Virus record (IMG/VR): IMGVR_UViG_2541047751_000001
Direction: 5' to 3' (one strand)
Length of the DNA: 10,720 nucleotides
Source: a virus
Lineage: Duplodnaviria > Heunggongvirae > Uroviricota > Caudoviricetes
In this document: one piece after another, positions 7,757-10,720 of the stretch
How the letters are laid out: each line of letters opens with the position of its first letter
Numbering within the stretch: position 1 is the first letter of the stretch
Notes under the pieces: model-generated
Told to the model about the DNA's origin: nothing
Databases searched by the model: none
What the model saw: the letters and a program-made list of their open reading frames with translations, nothing else
Position numbers and translations under genes: made by a program

Positions 7757-8454
7757 TGCAGGATATCCGGCAGGAAACACTGAATGAATGCACCCGTGCG
7801 GAGCAGTCGGCCAGCGTGGTGCTCTGGGAAATCGATCTGACAGAGGTCGGTGGAGAACGTTATTTTTTCTGTAATGAGCAGAACGAAAAAGGTGAGCCGG
7901 TCACCTGGCAGGGGCGACAGTATCAGCCGTATCCCATTCAGGGGAGTAGTTTTGAACTGAATGGCAAAGGCACCAGTACGCGCCCCACGCTGACGGTTTC
8001 TAACCTGTACGGTATGGTCACCGGGATGGCGGAAGATCTGCAGAGTCTGGTCGGCGGAACGGTGGTCAGGCGTAAGGTTTACGCCCGTTTTCTGGATGCG
8101 GTGAACTTCGTCAACGGAAACAGCGACGCCGATCCGGAGCAGGAGGTGATCAGTCGCTGGCGCATCGAGCAGTGCAGCGAACTGAGTGCGGTCAGTGCCT
8201 CCTTTGTACTGTCCACACCGACGGAAACGGATGGTGCCGTTTTTCCGGGGCGCATCATGCTGGCTAATACCTGCACCTGGACCTATCGCGGTGATGAGTG
8301 CGGTTATCACGGTCCGGCAGTCGCGGATGAATATGACCAGCCGACGTCCGATATCACGAAGGATAAATGCAGCAAATGCCTGAGCGGCTGTAAGTTTCGC
8401 AATAACGTCGGCAACTTTGGCGGCTTCCTTTCCATTAACAAACTTTCGCAGTAA
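7756..8454 (+). CDS. L: Tail tip protein L, 232 aa, with C-terminal Cys cluster
   Basis: TGATG overlap with the M stop. 232 aa as in lambda gpL. C-terminal cysteines at residues 173, 182, 205, 208, 212 (CTWTYRGDEC…CSKCLSGC). Confidence 0.9.
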   Translation: MQDIRQETLNECTRAEQSASVVLWEIDLTEVGGERYFFCNEQNEKGEPVTWQGRQYQPYPIQGSSFELNGKGTSTRPTLTVSNLYGMVTGMAEDLQSLVGGTVVRRKVYARFLDAVNFVNGNSDADPEQEVISRWRIEQCSELSAVSASFVLSTPTETDGAVFPGRIMLANTCTWTYRGDECGYHGPAVADEYDQPTSDITKDKCSKCLSGCKFRNNVGNFGGFLSINKLSQ

Positions 8455-8459
8455 ATCCC

Positions 8460-9203
8460 ATGACACAGACAGAATCAGCGATTCTGGCGCACGCCCGGCG
8501 ATGTGCGCCAGCGGAGTCGTGCGGCTTTGTGGTGAGAACGCCGGAGGGAGACAGATATCTTCCCTGCGTAAATATCTCCGGTGAGCCGGAGGCGTATTTC
8601 CGGATGGCTCCGGAGGACTGGCTGCAGGCAGAGATGCAGGGTGAGATTGTGGCGCTGGTCCACAGTCATCCCGGTGGTCTGCCCTGGCTGAGTGAGGCCG
8701 ACCGGCGGTTGCAGGTGCAGAGTGATTTGCCGTGGTGGCTGGTCTGCCGGGGGGCGATTCATAAATTCCGCTGTGTGCCGCATCTCACCGGGCGGCGCTT
8801 TGAGCACGGGGTGACGGACTGTTACACGCTGTTCCGGGATGCTTACCATCTGGCGGGGATTGAGATGCCGGACTTTCATCGTGAGGATGACTGGTGGCGT
8901 AACGGCCAGAATCTCTATCTTGATAATCTGGAGGCCACAGGGCTGTATCAGGTGCCGTTGTCAGCGGCGCAGCCGGGCGATGTGCTGCTGTGCTGCTTTG
9001 GTTCATCGGTGCCGAATCATGCCGCTATTTACTGTGGTGACGGCGAGCTGCTGCACCATATTCCTGAACAACTGAGCAAACGAGAGAGGTATACCGACAA
9101 ATGGCAGCGACGCACACACTCCCTCTGGCGTCACCGGGCATGGCACGCATCTGCCTTTACGGGGATTTACAACGATTTGGCCGCCGCATCGACCTTCGTG
9201 TGA
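8460..9203 (+). CDS. K: Tail tip assembly protein K, 247 aa, with JAB/MPN-like and NlpC/P60-like domains
   Basis: Longest ORF from ATG 8460; an alternative internal start is ATG 8604 (MAPEDW…). JAMM-type motif H-S-H-x7-S-x2-D at residues 68-81 (HSHPGGLPWLSEAD, nt 8661..8702). Downstream Cys (DCYTLF, residue 121) and His (NHAAIY…HH) are consistent with an NlpC/P60 papain-like fold. Confidence 0.85.
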   Translation: MTQTESAILAHARRCAPAESCGFVVRTPEGDRYLPCVNISGEPEAYFRMAPEDWLQAEMQGEIVALVHSHPGGLPWLSEADRRLQVQSDLPWWLVCRGAIHKFRCVPHLTGRRFEHGVTDCYTLFRDAYHLAGIEMPDFHREDDWWRNGQNLYLDNLEATGLYQVPLSAAQPGDVLLCCFGSSVPNHAAIYCGDGELLHHIPEQLSKRERYTDKWQRRTHSLWRHRAWHASAFTGIYNDLAAASTFV

Positions 9204-9772
9204 AAACGGGGGCCGAAGCCATCCGGGCGCTGGCCACACAGCTCCCTGCGTTTCGTCAGAAACTGAGCGACGGCTGGTATCAGGTACGGATTGCCGGGCG
9301 GGACGTCAGCACGTCCGGGTTAACGGCGCAGTTACATGAGACTCTGCCTGATGGCGCTGTGATTCATATTGTTCCCAGAGTCGCCGGGGCCAAGTCAGGT
9401 GGCGTATTCCAGATTGTCCTGGGGGCAGCCGCCATTGCCGGATCATTCTTTACCGCCGGAGCCACCCTTGCAGCATGGGGAACAGCCATTGGGGCCGGTG
9501 GTATGACCGGCATCCTGTTTTCTCTCGGTGCCAGTATGGTGCTCGGTGGTGTGGCGCAGATGCTGGCACCGAAAGCCAGAACTCCCCGTACACAGACAAC
9601 GGATAACGGCAAACAGAACACCTATTTCTCCTCACTGGATAACATGGTTGCCCAGGGCAATGTTCTGCCTGTTCTGTACGGTGAAATGCGCGTGGGGTCA
9701 CGCGTGGTTTCTCAGGAGATCAGCACGGCAGACGAAGGGGATGGTGGTCAGGTTGTGGTGATTGGTCGCTGA
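9101..9772 (+). CDS. I: Tail tip assembly protein I, 223 aa; N-terminal ubiquitin-like region, central Gly/Ala-rich hydrophobic segment
   Basis: ATG at 9101 with RBS GAGAGAGG. Overlaps the K 3' end by about 100 nt in a different frame, as in lambda. 223 aa, matching lambda gpI. Confidence 0.9.
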   Translation: MAATHTLPLASPGMARICLYGDLQRFGRRIDLRVKTGAEAIRALATQLPAFRQKLSDGWYQVRIAGRDVSTSGLTAQLHETLPDGAVIHIVPRVAGAKSGGVFQIVLGAAAIAGSFFTAGATLAAWGTAIGAGGMTGILFSLGASMVLGGVAQMLAPKARTPRTQTTDNGKQNTYFSSLDNMVAQGNVLPVLYGEMRVGSRVVSQEISTADEGDGGQVVVIGR

Positions 9773-9790
9773 TGCAAAATGTTTTATGTG

Positions 9791-9810
9791 AAACCGCCTC
9801 CGGGCGGTTT
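9791..9810 (+). other. Stem-loop in the I-J spacer (AAACCGCC-TCCG-GGCGGTTT) followed by a T-rich stretch
   Basis: 8-bp perfect stem with 4-nt loop read directly, followed by TATCGTTTAT. Could be a weak terminator/attenuator or an mRNA-stabilising hairpin ahead of J. Confidence 0.35.
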
Positions 9811-9832
9811 TATCGTTTATGGAGCATGACGA

Positions 9833-10720
9833 ATGGGTAAAGGCAGCAGTAAGGGGCATACCCCGCGCGAAGCGAAGGACAACCTGAAATCCACGCAGTT
9901 ACTGAGTGTGATCGATGCCATCAGCGAAGGACCGATAGAAGGTCCGGTGGATGGATTAAAAAGCGTGCTGCTGAACAGTACGCCGTACGCCGGTGCTGGA
10001 CAGTGAAGGGAATACCAACATCGCCGGTGTCACGGTGGTGTTCCGGGCCGGTGAGCAGGAGCAGACACCGCCGGAGGGATTTGAATCCTCCGGCTCCGAG
10101 ACGGTGCTCGGTACAGAAGTGAAATATGACACGCCGATCACCCGGACCATCACGTCTGCAAACATCGACCGTCTGCGCTTTACCTTCGGTGTGCAGGCTC
10201 TGGTGGAAACCACTTCAAAGGGGGACCGGAATCCGTCGGAAGTTCGCCTGCTGGTTCAGATACAACGTAACGGTGGCTGGGTGACGGAAAAAGACATCAC
10301 CATTAAGGGCAAAACCACCTCGCAGTATCTGGCCTCGGTGGTGGTGGATAACCTGCCGCCGCGCCCGTTTAATATCCGGATGCGCAGGATGACGCCGGAC
10401 AGCACCACAGACCAGCTGCAGAACAAAACGCTCTGGTCGTCATACACCGAAATCATCGATGTGAAACAGTGCTACCCGAACACGGCACTGGTCGGCGTGC
10501 AGGTGGACTCGGAACAGTTCGGCAGCCAGCAGGTGAGCCGTAATTATCATCTGCGCGGGCGCATTCTGCAGGTGCCGTCGAACTATAACCCGCAGAGGCG
10601 GCAATACAGCGGTATCTGGGACGGAACGTTTAAGCCAGCATACAGCAACAACATGGCCTGGTGTCTGTGGGATATGCTGACCCATCCGCGCTACGGCATG
10701 GGGAAACGTCTTGGTGCGGC
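9833..10720 (+). pseudogene. J: Tip attachment / host specificity protein J, 5' portion, interrupted by a +7 bp frameshift; continues beyond the window
   Basis: ATG at 9833 with RBS GGAG. The N-terminus MGKGSSKGHTPREAKDNLKSTQLLSVIDAISEGPIEGPVDGLKSVLLNSTP matches lambda gpJ, then the frame hits TGA at 10004..10006. From 9993 a different frame reads VLDSEGNTNIAGVTVVFRAGEQEQTPPEGFESSGSETVLGTEVKYDTPITRT… (lambda J continuation) with no stop to the window end. Confidence 0.65.
9979..9992 (+). repeat. Exact 7-bp tandem duplication TACGCCG-TACGCCG inside J
   Basis: Read directly: agTACGCCGTACGCCGgtgctg. Removing one copy gives AGT ACG CCG GTG CTG GAC (S-T-P-V-L-D), which restores a continuous J frame. 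Confidence 0.8.

Noticed and set aside
7660-8466. 268-aa ORF on the minus strand, antisense to M/L
   Set aside because: It lies entirely inside well-supported + strand genes in GC-rich DNA, where long antisense shadow ORFs are expected. No RBS, and the translation is Arg/Leu-rich, low-complexity looking.
9979-10006. Possibility that the J frame break is a programmed frameshift
   Set aside because: The net +7 insertion would need a -1 or +2 slip, and there is no X_XXY_YYZ heptamer, rare-codon pause or downstream structure at the site. The lesion is an exact tandem duplication, the signature of replication slippage or an assembly error.
9956-10213. 85-aa minus-strand ORF across the J 5' region
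   Set aside because: Antisense to conserved J coding sequence; no RBS and no recognisable features.
1-10720. Searched for CRISPR repeats, tRNA-like structures, integrase or attachment-site signatures and long direct or inverted repeats
   Set aside because: None seen by eye. The only repeats are the 7-bp tandem duplication in J and short hairpins in spacers. A computational repeat or tRNA scan would be needed to exclude small elements.

Overview
This window reads as the late structural (head-to-tail) operon of a lambdoid siphovirus or prophage, all on the + strand and tightly packed, with several ATGA-type start/stop overlaps. The gene order is D (decoration), E (major capsid), FI, FII, Z, U, V (major tail), G and G-T (chaperone with a -1 frameshift), H (tape measure), M, L, K, I, and the 5' end of J (tip attachment/host specificity). 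From recall of phage lambda proteins, Z onward is nearly lambda-identical, whereas D, E, FI and the FII N-terminus are clearly diverged, suggesting a mosaic junction in or near FII. The most unusual feature is an exact 7-bp tandem duplication (TACGCCG x2, 9979..9992) that frameshifts J after codon 51, leaving a 57-codon N-terminal ORF while the rest of J stays open in another frame to the window end. Other features are the GGGAAAG slippery heptamer for G-T, an intrinsic-terminator-like hairpin after E, and hairpins in the D-E and I-J spacers. I see no tRNA, CRISPR array, integrase, transposase, or defence or toxin cargo. This looks like an ordinary, well-known virion module rather than a new system. 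All homology statements rest on memory of the lambda proteins and reading of the ORF translations; no database search was run.
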